Part shown: one piece after another, positions 16,605 through 26,691 of the stretch
How positions within the stretch are numbered: position 1 is the first letter of the stretch
How the letters are laid out: each line of letters opens with the position of its first letter
Assembly: GCF_000010625.1 (NCBI RefSeq)
Contig: NC_010296.1
Span: forward strand, 1,920,001 to 1,952,000
Length of the DNA: 32,000 nt
Direction of reading: 5' to 3'
Source of the DNA: Microcystis aeruginosa NIES-843
Lineage (GTDB): Bacteria > Cyanobacteriota > Cyanobacteriia > Cyanobacteriales > Microcystaceae
The notes under the pieces: model-generated
What the model saw: only the letters and a program-made list of their open reading frames with translations
The model's database searches: none
What the model was told of the DNA's origin: nothing
Translations under genes and position numbers: made by a program

Positions 16605-17942
16605 ATGATCGATCGCCCTATTCATGTAATTGGTGGAGGATTAGCGGGGACTGAGGCGGCGTGGCAGATAGCCCAAGCAGGTATTCCCGTGATCCTGCAC
16701 GAAATGCGCCCAATTCGCTCTAGTCCCGCCCACCATAGCCAATTTTTAGCCGAATTAGTCTGTAGTAACTCCTTTGGTGCCATGGCGGTGGATCGCGCCA
16801 CCGGGTTACTCCATGAAGAATTACGACGCTTAAATTCTCTAGTTATTGCCCAGGCCGATCAGCACAGTGTCCCCGCAGGAGGGGCTTTAGCGGTCGATCG
16901 AGGGGTCTTTAGTCGAAATTTGACGGAAATCTTGGCTAACCACCCTCTAGTCACCTTAAAACGTCAGGAGATCACGGAAATTCCCCGGGATGGTATCGTC
17001 GTTTTAACCACTGGACCGTTAACCAGTGCTGCTTTGGCCGCAGATCTGCAAAATTTTGCCGGCCTGGACTATCTGAGCTTTTTTGATGCCGCTAGTCCGA
17101 TTATTCTAGGGGAATCGATCGATCGATCGATCGCTTTTCTGGCCTCCCGTTACGATAAAGGTGAGGCCGCCTATCTCAATTGTCCTATGGATCGGGAACA
17201 ATACCTGCACTTCTGGCAAGAACTAAAACAGGCAGAACAAGCAGAATTAAAGGATTTTGAGCGAGAAAATGCCAAATTTTTCGAGGCTTGTCTGCCAATC
17301 GAAGAATTAGCCAGTCGGGGAGAGGATACCATGCGTTTTGGTCCCCTGAAACCGGTGGGATTAGCGGATCCCAGATATCCGGATCAACGTCCCTACGCAG
17401 TTATACAGTTGCGAATGGAAGATAAAGCGGGGCAATTGTGGAATATGGTGGGATTTCAAACTAATTTAAAATGGGGTGAACAAACACGGGTTTTCCGTCT
17501 GATTCCGGGGTTAGAAAAGGCCGAATTTGTCCGCATGGGGGTGATGCACAAAAACACCTTTATTAATTCTCCCCAGTTATTATCCTCCAGTCTCCAGTTT
17601 AAATCGCGACCGACGCTATTAGCGGCAGGACAGTTAATCGGCACGGAAGGCTATACGGCTGCGGCTGCTGGGGGATGGTTAGCGGGAACTAATGCCGCTC
17701 GTTTAGCTTTAGGATTAGAAACGGTGACATTGCCAACCACAACGATGATGGGGTCATTATTTGAGTTTATCAGCAGTGCCGAACCGAAACATTTTCAACC
17801 GATGCCACCAAATTTTGGCATTTTGCCGAATTTTACCAGAAAAATCCGCAATAAACGGGAACGTTACGGTCAATATGCCGATCGCTCTTTGCAGGATTTA
17901 GAAGCATGGATGAATCAGTTAAAAACTCCCTGTCTCGTCTAA
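16605..17942 (+). CDS. trmFO: Methylenetetrahydrofolate--tRNA-(uracil-5-)-methyltransferase
   Basis: ORF track. It has the FAD motif [27 protein letters not shown] and typical length (445 aa). Confidence 0.9.
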   Translation: MIDRPIHVIGGGLAGTEAAWQIAQAGIPVILHEMRPIRSSPAHHSQFLAELVCSNSFGAMAVDRATGLLHEELRRLNSLVIAQADQHSVPAGGALAVDRGVFSRNLTEILANHPLVTLKRQEITEIPRDGIVVLTTGPLTSAALAADLQNFAGLDYLSFFDAASPIILGESIDRSIAFLASRYDKGEAAYLNCPMDREQYLHFWQELKQAEQAELKDFERENAKFFEACLPIEELASRGEDTMRFGPLKPVGLADPRYPDQRPYAVIQLRMEDKAGQLWNMVGFQTNLKWGEQTRVFRLIPGLEKAEFVRMGVMHKNTFINSPQLLSSSLQFKSRPTLLAAGQLIGTEGYTAAAAGGWLAGTNAARLALGLETVTLPTTTMMGSLFEFISSAEPKHFQPMPPNFGILPNFTRKIRNKRERYGQYADRSLQDLEAWMNQLKTPCLV

Positions 17943-18003
17943 CTGTCAATCGCTAAATCGATCGCCCATAATAGAGAAGGAAACTATTTCTTTCTCTATC
18001 GCT

Positions 18004-18501
18004 ATGCCAAACCCCGATTTTTTCCCTCCCCAATCCTACAGTCAAGAGGATGTGCAGGAAATTCTCTATTTGGCTATCTCCCGTCAAGGGGATAAGGGAG
18101 AAATTACCCGTCAACAGTTGTTAGAAATTGCCGACGATTTAGCTATTGAAGTTAAAGACTTAGAAGCGGCGGAAAAGGACTGGCAAGAGTCAAAAATGGT
18201 CAGTTATAAACGGCAAGAATTCGATCGCTTTCGTCGCGAGGAGCTAAAAAATAAAACCGTTCGCTATCTGATTATTAATAGTTTTTTTATTATCATTAAT
18301 TTAATTAGTGCGGGAACAATTTCTTGGGCAATTTATCTGCTTTTGCTGATGGGTTTACCTCTTTCTCTCTCGGCTTGGAAAACTTTTCAAAATCAAGGAA
18401 TTGCCTACGAAGAGGCATTTAAACGCTGGAAAATTAAAGAGGAAATGAAAGAGTCTTTTACCAATCTTTGGACACAAGTTAAAAAGTTTTTACAGTTTTA
18501 A
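18004..18501 (+). CDS. 2TM-domain-like small membrane protein
   Basis: ORF track. A soluble acidic N-terminal half is followed by two adjacent TM helices (YLIINSFFIIINLISAG, ISWAIYLLLLMGLPLSL). Confidence 0.5.
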   Translation: MPNPDFFPPQSYSQEDVQEILYLAISRQGDKGEITRQQLLEIADDLAIEVKDLEAAEKDWQESKMVSYKRQEFDRFRREELKNKTVRYLIINSFFIIINLISAGTISWAIYLLLLMGLPLSLSAWKTFQNQGIAYEEAFKRWKIKEEMKESFTNLWTQVKKFLQF

Positions 18502-18626
18502 TAGTGTTGCCAAATTAAGCCTTTTTTGTTTTTGTGAACCACAGAGACACAAAGGACACAAAGTTGGGCTTTTCACAACTACTTAAGTAGCTGGTTATAA
18601 TTAAATTAAAAATGAATTTTAGGTTC

Positions 18627-18772
18627 GATCCCCCCTGCCCCCCTTGATAAGGGGGGTGCCGATAGGCGGGGGGATCTACCCTTGATAAGGGGGGTGCCTG
18701 ATCCCCCCTGCCCCCCTTGATAAGGGGGGTGCCGATAGGCGGGGGGATCTACCCTTGATAAGGGGGGTTTCT
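18627..18772. repeat. 2 x 73-bp tandem repeat built from nested G6/C6 palindromes
   Basis: The unit is GATCCCCCCTGCCCCCCTTGATAAGGGGGGTGCCGATAGGCGGGGGGATCTACCCTTGATAAGGGGGGTGCCT. It starts at 18627 and again at 18700. It contains the inner hairpin CCCCCC-TTGATAA-GGGGGG and the outer pairing GATCCCCCC/GGGGGGATC. Confidence 0.9.
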
Positions 18773-18791
18773 GATAATTTTTAACACATAC

Positions 18792-21440
18792 CTACTTACT
18801 GTCATCAAAAATATCTAACTGCTGCAGAGAGGGGGAATTATCCGACTTAACTGGTTTAATTTTCTTAATTCCCTGACGCAAACCGATCGCAATTTTACTA
18901 TGTTTTTCGATTTGACCCATCACCTGCATGGCACGATCGATCACAGAAGTTGGTAAACCGGCTAATCTCCCCGCTTCGATACCATAGGATTTATCCGCAC
19001 CTCCCGGTCGTACTTGGTGCAAAAATACTATCTCATGGGGTAATTCTTTGACTGTTACCTGATAATTAGCCACATTCTCTAAAATTGAAGCTAATTCGTT
19101 TAGTTCGTGGTAGTGAGTGGCGAAAATCGTCCGCGATTGCAGTACCGTGGCTAAATACTCCGCCACAGACCAAGCTATGGATAAACCGTCAAAGGTGGCT
19201 GTCCCCCGGCCAATTTCGTCTAGTAATACTAATGATCTGTCCGTGGCGTGATTGAGAATATTGGCGGTTTCGTTCATTTCCACCATAAAGGTGGATTGGC
19301 CCGTAGCGAGGTCATCCACAGCCCCCACCCGGGTGAAAATGCGATCGCAGATGGAGATTTTGGCCGACTTTGCTGGGACAAAACTGCCGGTTTGGGCCAA
19401 CAATTGAATTAATCCCACCTGTCGCAGATAACAACTTTTGCCACTAGCATTGGGACCGGTGAGAATAATCAAGTCGGGGTATTCTAAACCCTCCTGATTG
19501 CCCAAATTAATCGAATTCGGCACAAAAAAGCCAGCCCCAAGGGATTGTTCCACCACGGGATGACGACCATCTTTAATATCGATAAGACGACCATCGGCGA
19601 TTTCTGGGCGACAATATCCCTGATAAACGGCGATTTCTGCCAATGCTGCCAACACATCTAAAGCGGCGACTTTTGTGGCCACTTCCCGAATTTCTGGGGA
19701 AAATTCGGCCACTTGACGGCGTAAATCGCTAAAAATCTCGTATTCTAACTTATTTAATTCATCTACTGCCGTCAGAATTATATTTTCTTTCTCCTTTAAC
19801 TCGGTGGTGATATAACGTTCCTCATTGACTAAAGTTTGCTTACGCACATAATCTTTTGGGGCGAAATCAGCTTTACTGCGGGGTAAACTGATATAATAAC
19901 CGAAAGTTTTGTTATAACTAACCTTAAGATTACTAATACCCGTTCTTTCTTTCTCTGTCGTCTCCAGATTCTTAAACCAATCGATTACTTCCTGATAGTC
20001 GCGCCGTAGGGCATCCAATTGGGCATCAATTCCCTCGCGAATCACCCCCCCTTCCTTCAGATGCAGCGGGGGAGATTCCACCAGATGCGCTATCACCTGC
20101 TGGCCTAATTTTTCTAAATCGGCGGGAATTTGCTGTAAAGCTTTCAAATAGGGCGAATTTCCCGAAGCGACCAAAGCCGCTAAATCGGCTAATTTGACTA
20201 AAGATGCCGCTAGGGAAAGTAAATCGCGGGCGTTAGCCGTTCCTGCGCCAACGCGACCGCTTAAACGTTCTATATCGTAGATTTCCCTTAATTTTTGCCG
20301 AATATCTTGGCGCAGGGCGGGATTATCCTTTAACTCTTGGATAGTATCTTGACGGGCGCGAATACCGCGAGAATCTAAGAGAGGTTGCAATAACCAACGA
20401 CGTAAAGCGCGACTACCCATGGCTGTACAAGTGCGATCAATCGCCCATAATAGAGAACCATAGAAGCTACCATCGCGCACCGTTTGGGTAATTTCAAGGT
20501 TACGACGGGTTTGCCCATCTAAAATCAAAAATTCGGAGATAGAGTAGGTTTTTAAAGGTTGTAGGGGGACTTGATTGGCTTTTTGGGTATCTTCAATGTA
20601 TTCTAAGAGGCCTCCGGCTGCGCGAATAGCGAGGGGTAAATGTTCGCAGCCCATACCCTCTAGGGAACGCATTTTATAGGTGATTAGGAGACGATTTTTC
20701 GCCTCTGTGAGAGTAAAGATAGTTTGGGGACGGAGAGAATAACAAAAACTATCGGGTAAACAGGGGGGGAGATGGTCAGATTTTTCCCCAGGGCGCAAAA
20801 TACGGTTTAAATCGGGGGCATTGATGGGAAAAAGGATTTCTGAGGGCTGTAAACGGCTTAATTCTAGGCTTAAAGCCGTTAAATCGCTGGCTTGGGTGGT
20901 GTAGAATTCTCCGGTGGAGATATCTGAATATGCTAATCCCCAATTTTCTCCGGTGATCACCACAGCGGCCAGAAAATTATTCTTTTTTGCGTTTAACATT
21001 CCCTCATCGGTGAGGGTTCCGGGGGTGAGCAGTTTGGTGATAGCGCGTTCTACGAGTCGTTTTTCGGCGGCTGCTTCCGTTGAATCCTCTACTTGGTCAC
21101 AAATCGCCACTGCATAGCCTTTTTCCACCAATAAACGACTATAACGCTCTAGGGCGTGGTGGGGAACTCCAGTCATGGCGACTCTCCCAATACCTTTACC
21201 CCCTTCCTTGCTGGTGAGAACTAATTCTAATTCTCTGGAGATAATCACCGCATCCTGAAAGAAACACTCGAAAAAATCGCCCACACGATAGAGTAAAAGA
21301 GCATTGGGATAGGTTTCTTTTACCTCCACATAATGCTGATACATGGGGGTGAGTTTACTGCGATCGAGTCCGCGATAATCACGATGGGGATCTTTATTGG
21401 TAGCCGGTGGTTCTAGGGGAAAATCCGAGGGGAGAGTCAT
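18792..21440 (-). CDS. mutS: DNA mismatch repair protein MutS
   Basis: ORF track, 882 aa. It has the N-terminal mismatch-binding motif (TPMYQHY...GDFFE), the Walker A motif GPNASGKS, and DEIGRGT and TH.HEL motifs. Confidence 0.95.
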   Translation of the reverse strand: MTLPSDFPLEPPATNKDPHRDYRGLDRSKLTPMYQHYVEVKETYPNALLLYRVGDFFECFFQDAVIISRELELVLTSKEGGKGIGRVAMTGVPHHALERYSRLLVEKGYAVAICDQVEDSTEAAAEKRLVERAITKLLTPGTLTDEGMLNAKKNNFLAAVVITGENWGLAYSDISTGEFYTTQASDLTALSLELSRLQPSEILFPINAPDLNRILRPGEKSDHLPPCLPDSFCYSLRPQTIFTLTEAKNRLLITYKMRSLEGMGCEHLPLAIRAAGGLLEYIEDTQKANQVPLQPLKTYSISEFLILDGQTRRNLEITQTVRDGSFYGSLLWAIDRTCTAMGSRALRRWLLQPLLDSRGIRARQDTIQELKDNPALRQDIRQKLREIYDIERLSGRVGAGTANARDLLSLAASLVKLADLAALVASGNSPYLKALQQIPADLEKLGQQVIAHLVESPPLHLKEGGVIREGIDAQLDALRRDYQEVIDWFKNLETTEKERTGISNLKVSYNKTFGYYISLPRSKADFAPKDYVRKQTLVNEERYITTELKEKENIILTAVDELNKLEYEIFSDLRRQVAEFSPEIREVATKVAALDVLAALAEIAVYQGYCRPEIADGRLIDIKDGRHPVVEQSLGAGFFVPNSINLGNQEGLEYPDLIILTGPNASGKSCYLRQVGLIQLLAQTGSFVPAKSAKISICDRIFTRVGAVDDLATGQSTFMVEMNETANILNHATDRSLVLLDEIGRGTATFDGLSIAWSVAEYLATVLQSRTIFATHYHELNELASILENVANYQVTVKELPHEIVFLHQVRPGGADKSYGIEAGRLAGLPTSVIDRAMQVMGQIEKHSKIAIGLRQGIKKIKPVKSDNSPSLQQLDIFDDSK

Positions 21441-21635
21441 GGGTCAAAGAAAGCTGGACAATGTTTTAATCAACTGTTCCCCACCCCTTGGCTGAGTGGG
21501 AAGTTTCTGACGCTTCTTCGTCGATGGCGGTTGCCTCAGACTTCCGCACCAGGAGAACCACTTAATGGTTCCCCTTCCTGTACCTTCCCCACTCCCCTAG
21601 GCTGAGAGTGGGGACTGACGCAGGTTCGTTCAATA

Positions 21636-22145
21636 TTAGATAGACACTTCGCTTAATTCGCGAGTGAGATGATCAAAGGGTTCAGCGATCAAAGAGGTGT
21701 CGGCAATACCCGCCTCAGTAGCCATGGTTTGAATCATTTCGCTCATGATTTGGATACCGCGCACCGTCGGACCGATGGGAACACCGAGGGAATTATAGGT
21801 TTCCCGTAGTCCTTGCAGTACCCGTTCATCTAGAACATTAGTATCGGCAGCCACCAGCGCATAACTGGCATAGCGGAGATAGTAATCCATATCCCGCAGA
21901 CAGGCAGAATAACGACGGGTGGTGTAGGCATTACCCCCGGCGCGGATCAATTCGGGAACTTCTTCAAATAGACGAATCGCCGCCCCACGCACGAGCGCCG
22001 CCGAATTAGCGTTAATGAGGGCGGCGGCAGCTAGACGGGCAGTTCCCGAGGCAAAATATTGTTTAAGATTATCGATCGCATCTCGATCGAGATAACGTCC
22101 GGTGACATCGTATTTTCTAATCAGGCTAGTTACCGCGTCTCGCAT
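21636..22145 (-). CDS. apcF: Phycobilisome core component, allophycocyanin beta-18 subunit
   Basis: ORF track 21636..22229. The start is set to the ATG at 22145, giving MRDAVTSLIRKYDVTGRYLDR..., the characteristic ApcF N-terminus. Other matches are NAYTTRRYSACLRDMDYYLRYASYAL and 169 aa length. Confidence 0.85.
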   Translation of the reverse strand: MRDAVTSLIRKYDVTGRYLDRDAIDNLKQYFASGTARLAAAALINANSAALVRGAAIRLFEEVPELIRAGGNAYTTRRYSACLRDMDYYLRYASYALVAADTNVLDERVLQGLRETYNSLGVPIGPTVRGIQIMSEMIQTMATEAGIADTSLIAEPFDHLTRELSEVSI

Positions 22146-22327
22146 TATTAAGTTTCTCCCAACAGCAATAAAGACATTTTTGAGTTTCGCTTTATTTATA
22201 ATCTCACAGGGTTGAACTTCGGGGGACATCCCTAGTCTAACTCTCTTGCTTGTCTAACAATTTGTTGTTTTTTTGAGACATTTCTTTACATTTAAGGCAT
22301 TGGCTGGACCGGCGCTGGGTGGCGGAA

Positions 22328-23473
22328 TTATCCTTTATTAGTCGAGGTGGTGGACGAGGCACTCAAAATGACGAGATTATCCCGATGAATGATGGTTTCT
22401 GCGGCCATATAACCTAATAAACTGGCAATACGCTCGGAATGTTGACCTTTCACTCGATCGATCTCCTCACTACTATAATTAACAATTCCCCTGGCCAATT
22501 CCCGGCCTTCTTGATCGCACAATTGCACCGATTCCGAGGCGCTAAATTCCCCCTCCACTTTGGTGATTCCGGCCGCAAGGAGAGATTTTCCCCCCTGACA
22601 AATGGCTTGAATCGCCCCAGCATCGAGATAGATTTTACCCATGGGCAGTAGTCCGTAGGCGATCCAGCGTTTGCGGGCGTTATCACTGCGTTTTTGGGCC
22701 TCAAAACGGGTTCCGATCGCCTCTCCTGCCATAATTTTTAAGATATTACCGGGCTGCCGTCCCCTAGTAATCGCCATTTCTACCCCGGCGCTGGTGGCAA
22801 TCCGGGCCGCCGCCAATTTAGTCGCCATACCCCCGGTCCCCCACTGACTGCCACTACTACCGGCATCGATCGATAGTTGCGCTAATTCCGCGGGACTAAC
22901 TCGGGCAATAGCCGCCGCTTCGGGAAATAGCCGCGGATCGGCACTGTAGAGGCGATCCACATCGGTGAGGATAAATAACCAGTCAGCCTCGATTAAACTG
23001 GCTACAAGGGCTGATAAAGTGTCATTATCGCCGAATTTTAACTCATCGATCGCCACCGTATCATTTTCGTTGACAATGGCAATCACCCCTAATTCAAACA
23101 AAGCCTGAAAGGTATTATAGGCGTTGACATAACAGGTGCGTTCCATCAATTCGGGACGGGTCAGCAAAATTTGGGCGATCGGTTGACCAAGACTGGTAAA
23201 GAGGTCATCATAGATCCGCATCAGACGACCTTGACCGACGGCGGCGATCGCTTGTTTGAGGGCGATTTTTTTCGGTCTTTCCTGTATTCCCAGACGACGG
23301 CAGCCCACCCCCACGGCCCCGGAAGATACTAATACCACCCGATGACCGGCAGCGCGCAACCGGGTGAGGACTTCCACTAAAGCGGCGATCGTGGAGAGGG
23401 ATAATTGGCCGGTTTCATTATCGGTCAAACTGGAAGTACCGATTTTGATCACTATGGTTTGGTTCATCGTCAA
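22328..23473 (-). CDS. proB: Glutamate 5-kinase (with C-terminal PUA domain)
   Basis: ORF track. It has [20 protein letters not shown] and ENDTVA..LKFGDND motifs. The C-terminal PUA-like segment is GKIYLDAGA...L..GI. Confidence 0.9.
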   Translation of the reverse strand: MTMNQTIVIKIGTSSLTDNETGQLSLSTIAALVEVLTRLRAAGHRVVLVSSGAVGVGCRRLGIQERPKKIALKQAIAAVGQGRLMRIYDDLFTSLGQPIAQILLTRPELMERTCYVNAYNTFQALFELGVIAIVNENDTVAIDELKFGDNDTLSALVASLIEADWLFILTDVDRLYSADPRLFPEAAAIARVSPAELAQLSIDAGSSGSQWGTGGMATKLAAARIATSAGVEMAITRGRQPGNILKIMAGEAIGTRFEAQKRSDNARKRWIAYGLLPMGKIYLDAGAIQAICQGGKSLLAAGITKVEGEFSASESVQLCDQEGRELARGIVNYSSEEIDRVKGQHSERIASLLGYMAAETIIHRDNLVILSASSTTSTNKG

Positions 23474-23494
23474 GGTGCTTTTGGGGAGGTGTTG

Positions 23495-25459
23495 CTAGAT
23501 AGCCAAAGCTTTGATGGCAACTTTAATTAAAGTATAAAAACGGGGTTCAGTCACGTTGACTTCTCTAGCTTGTTGCCGATTTTTGCCTAATAAACCAATG
23601 CGCTGCCCTTTCTGCACGACTAAAATATCGCCCTGTTCATTTTTGATGCGAATCTCGTTTACATCACCCCAAAAACTACATTGATACATTTTTTCGGCGT
23701 GCATAAAAATTGCTTTTTTAATATTATTATTTTCTTGGGGTAATCGCACTCCCACTAATTCAATTTCTATGGTTGTATTGCCATTCCAGGTATTTTCTTT
23801 GAGTTTATAGGCAATATCTAAACGCGTTGGTAAAGGACAATATTCGCCCCAACGCCAAGCTAGGGCTTTAATTCTGGTATTATCGCTTTGAGCCAGCAAT
23901 AATTTTAAATGATTTTTTCCGATAGTTTTCTGTTCCACTACCCGCACGTTAGGAGTCCAAAAAACGGGTAATTCATTGCCAATTCCCCAGGGTTGTAAAC
24001 TATCAATTTGTTGAAAAAGTTGCAGGTTTATTTGTTTAAAGTCGAGGATAGTATCAATTTTAATTAAAGGTTTTAATTGTTCTATTTGTAAAATTTTGTG
24101 AGAAAATTGACTTAATCTTTGTTTAAATGCTAGTAAATTAGCTGTGGGTAAACTAAAACCCCCCGCCATTTTATGACCGCCAAATTTTCCTAGTAAATCT
24201 TGGCAAAATTGCAGGGCTTCAAAAACGTGAAATTCTTCAATTCCTCTGGCAGATCCGCGAATTTTACCCGTATCTTCTTCCTCGTAAGTACCAATAAAAA
24301 CCGGCACTCCGTACCGTTCCACTAAACGGGAAGCTACAATACCAATTACCCCATGATGCCAATCTTTTTCGACTAATACTAAAACTCGATCTTGTTGCCA
24401 AAAAATCGGCGTTTCTTCCACTAATTTAATCGCTTCTTCTTCAATTTTTTCGCACAATTCTTGACGAGTACGATTAATTTGTTCGCACTGCATCGCTCTT
24501 TCTAAGGCAATTCCCGCCTCATCGGTGGTTAATAATTCAATAACTATCTGGGGATCACCGATTCTGCCAATGGCATTAATTCTCGGTCCCAATTTAAAGC
24601 CAATATCATCCGGTTGTAATTGCTTTTGTTCCTCGCTAATTCCCGCTATTTGCATGAGGGATTGAATCCCGACTAATTGGGATTTGGGTAATTTTCTTAA
24701 ACCCCGTTTTAACCAGCGACGATTTACCCCAATTAATGGAGCTAAATCTGCTATAGTGCCTAGGGTAAATAATGCTAATAATGACTCGGTTAATCCCTGT
24801 AATTTACCCATTTTTTGGGCAGTTGTCACCGCTAAAATGTAGGCGACTCCCACCCCCGCTAATCCCTGATAGGGAGAGTTCGGTGTTAATAATTTTGGGT
24901 TGAGAATAGCGGAGGCATTTGGTAAAATTGGCGGCAGATCGTGATGATCGGTGATAATAACTTTTAATCCTAATTCTATCGCTAGGGCGATCGGTTCGTG
25001 AGCGGAAATACCATTATCAACGGTGAGAATCAATCCGACTCCCGACTCGGCAAATTCTTCGACAATGCGCTGATTAATTCCGTATCCCTCTTTCATGCGA
25101 CTGGGTATGGCATGATTTACCCTAGCACCGAGATGTCTCAAGGCTCTTAACAGTAAAGATGTACTGGTCATGCCATCGGCATCGTAGTCCCCACAGATAG
25201 CAATTTTATCGCCCCTAGCGATCGCTTTTACTAATAAATTGACACTTTTTTCTAAGTCGGGAAATTCTCCCAGGGGAGAGGGTAAGGTATCCGCTTCAGG
25301 ATCTATATAAGTTTTAGCTAATTCGGGGGTATCAATACCGCGATTAATTAAGATAGTTGCTAATAAAGATGATAGTCCCATTTCTCGCGCTAACCCCGCA
25401 ATTTTTTCGGGATTAGTCGCGGCAATATACCAGCGTTGGATGGGATATTTGTAGGTCAT
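23495..25459 (-). CDS. recJ: Single-stranded-DNA-specific exonuclease RecJ
   Basis: ORF track. It has the DHH family motifs ICGDYDADGMTS, TVDNG and ITDHH, plus the DHHA1 motif GGHKMAGG. Confidence 0.9.
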   Translation of the reverse strand: MTYKYPIQRWYIAATNPEKIAGLAREMGLSSLLATILINRGIDTPELAKTYIDPEADTLPSPLGEFPDLEKSVNLLVKAIARGDKIAICGDYDADGMTSTSLLLRALRHLGARVNHAIPSRMKEGYGINQRIVEEFAESGVGLILTVDNGISAHEPIALAIELGLKVIITDHHDLPPILPNASAILNPKLLTPNSPYQGLAGVGVAYILAVTTAQKMGKLQGLTESLLALFTLGTIADLAPLIGVNRRWLKRGLRKLPKSQLVGIQSLMQIAGISEEQKQLQPDDIGFKLGPRINAIGRIGDPQIVIELLTTDEAGIALERAMQCEQINRTRQELCEKIEEEAIKLVEETPIFWQQDRVLVLVEKDWHHGVIGIVASRLVERYGVPVFIGTYEEEDTGKIRGSARGIEEFHVFEALQFCQDLLGKFGGHKMAGGFSLPTANLLAFKQRLSQFSHKILQIEQLKPLIKIDTILDFKQINLQLFQQIDSLQPWGIGNELPVFWTPNVRVVEQKTIGKNHLKLLLAQSDNTRIKALAWRWGEYCPLPTRLDIAYKLKENTWNGNTTIEIELVGVRLPQENNNIKKAIFMHAEKMYQCSFWGDVNEIRIKNEQGDILVVQKGQRIGLLGKNRQQAREVNVTEPRFYTLIKVAIKALAI

Positions 25460-25481
25460 TTTTTCTCAAACAAAAAGGTAG

Positions 25482-25507
25482 GGTGCGTTACGCTGTGCTA
25501 ACGCACC
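25482..25507 (-). terminator. Hairpin with T-run between the 213-aa gene and recJ (terminator or attenuator candidate)
   Basis: GGTGCGTTA-(8 nt)-TAACGCACC. On the minus strand it is followed after 5 nt by TTTTTGTTT. It lies only about 22 nt upstream of the recJ ATG, so its function is uncertain. Confidence 0.4.
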
Positions 25508-25517
25508 AAAAACAAGG

Positions 25518-26159
25518 TTAAAAGCGGATTTGGATGGCCCCAGCAGGAGGTTGAAAGGGGAGATTATTATTATTAATTCTCAGGGGAGAACTGGGTATTA
25601 CCTGCACATTTGGGGTGGTGGGTTGACTTTCGTTGGTACTCAGTAAAGTCAATTGATTAATACTAGAATTAATCGCAAATTGTTGGGTAATGACTCCCGA
25701 CGGACAACAGGAAGGATCCCGGGGGAGAAATCTTCTCATGTTGACGGTGATCATACCATCTTTAGCACTCAGATTATCGACAATTACTCGATCGGCTAAC
25801 AGGACAGTATCGGTGTTAGTGGCAGTACCGTTATTATCGATCACTAGGGCTAAGTAATGTAATTGCTGTTGATCTCTGGTAATCACTCTTAACACGACAA
25901 TACCATCAGTCCTTTGATCATTATTATAGTCCCCCATCAAAGCTTCTCGACTGACTTGCACTCCTAAAATCTCTCCCTCATTGGATTGAAAAATACCATC
26001 GCTGACAATTACGGAACCCCGATTGGGAATGTTATAGACGGTATTCCTTAAATTATCCACGCTCAGGGGTGTAGATTGGGCAAGTAAGGGCAGAGAATTA
26101 TTTAATAGTAAACTGATACCTAGGAGGATAGATTGAGGCAAAATTGCTAATTTAATCAT
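25518..26159 (-). CDS. Hypothetical secreted protein (213 aa)
   Basis: ORF track. It has a signal-like N-terminus (ILLGISLLLNNSLPLLAQS). Its start overlaps the upstream stop (ATGA at 26159-26156). No family was recognised. Confidence 0.6.
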   Translation of the reverse strand: MIKLAILPQSILLGISLLLNNSLPLLAQSTPLSVDNLRNTVYNIPNRGSVIVSDGIFQSNEGEILGVQVSREALMGDYNNDQRTDGIVVLRVITRDQQQLHYLALVIDNNGTATNTDTVLLADRVIVDNLSAKDGMITVNMRRFLPRDPSCCPSGVITQQFAINSSINQLTLLSTNESQPTTPNVQVIPSSPLRINNNNLPFQPPAGAIQIRF

Positions 26160-26617
26160 GGTTTTGATGGGTTGGGTATATTTTCTTGAGTATCGAATAA
26201 CTGCACGTTATTAATGGTACAAACCATCCCCTGTTGTGCTGCTAATTTATCTCGCCATTGGCTTAATTGTTGTTGACCATTACTACCATTTAACCAGTAA
26301 ACTGTCAAGAGGCCGAGGGTTTGTTCTGGTTCACAGGAAAAGCCGAGAGTTTTATCGGGTATGTCGGTATTTCCCTCACGACATTGCCAACCTTGTTTTT
26401 CAATTAATTCTTTCCAACCTTTCTCTTCTTTGGCAGCCACGGCAATGCGTTGATCTCCTTGGGTACAAAGCCAATTTTTCTGCTGGGTGGGATCATTGGG
26501 TAGATCACCAAGATTGGGGGAATTTTGCTTAATTGGGGGAAGCGAGGGGACTTGAGCATGAACGGAAAAAATCGGTAGTATTAACCAAGTACCGATGAGC
26601 ATTTTTAACAGTTTCAT
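26156..26617 (-). CDS. Hypothetical secreted cysteine-containing protein (153 aa)
   Basis: ORF track. It has the signal peptide MKLLKMLIGTWLILPIFSVHAQ and four Cys in the mature part. No family was recognised. Confidence 0.6.
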   Translation of the reverse strand: MKLLKMLIGTWLILPIFSVHAQVPSLPPIKQNSPNLGDLPNDPTQQKNWLCTQGDQRIAVAAKEEKGWKELIEKQGWQCREGNTDIPDKTLGFSCEPEQTLGLLTVYWLNGSNGQQQLSQWRDKLAAQQGMVCTINNVQLFDTQENIPNPSKP

Positions 26618-26691
26618 CCTTTAAAATTGTCATATTTAGGGATTTATGCCTTTAGAATATCACGTTTTTGAGATCTAGATAAAATACTCTC

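Noticed and set aside
18621-18640. GGTTCGATCCCCC resembling a tRNA T-arm
   Set aside because: The upstream 60 nt are AT-rich, with no acceptor, D or anticodon stems. The motif is simply the start of the G6/C6 palindromic repeat.
18627-18772. Possible CRISPR array (short palindromic repeats at regular spacing)
   Set aside because: There are only four sub-repeats, and the 'spacers' are themselves repeated (2 x 73-bp tandem duplication). Spacing is 33-40 bp with spacers of ~15-20 bp, and no cas genes or leader are nearby.
22146-22229. 28-codon N-terminal extension of the apcF ORF
   Set aside because: Allophycocyanin-family proteins begin at the conserved MRDAVT... N-terminus. The extension has no counterpart in the family, and the internal ATG at 22145 gives the canonical 169 aa.
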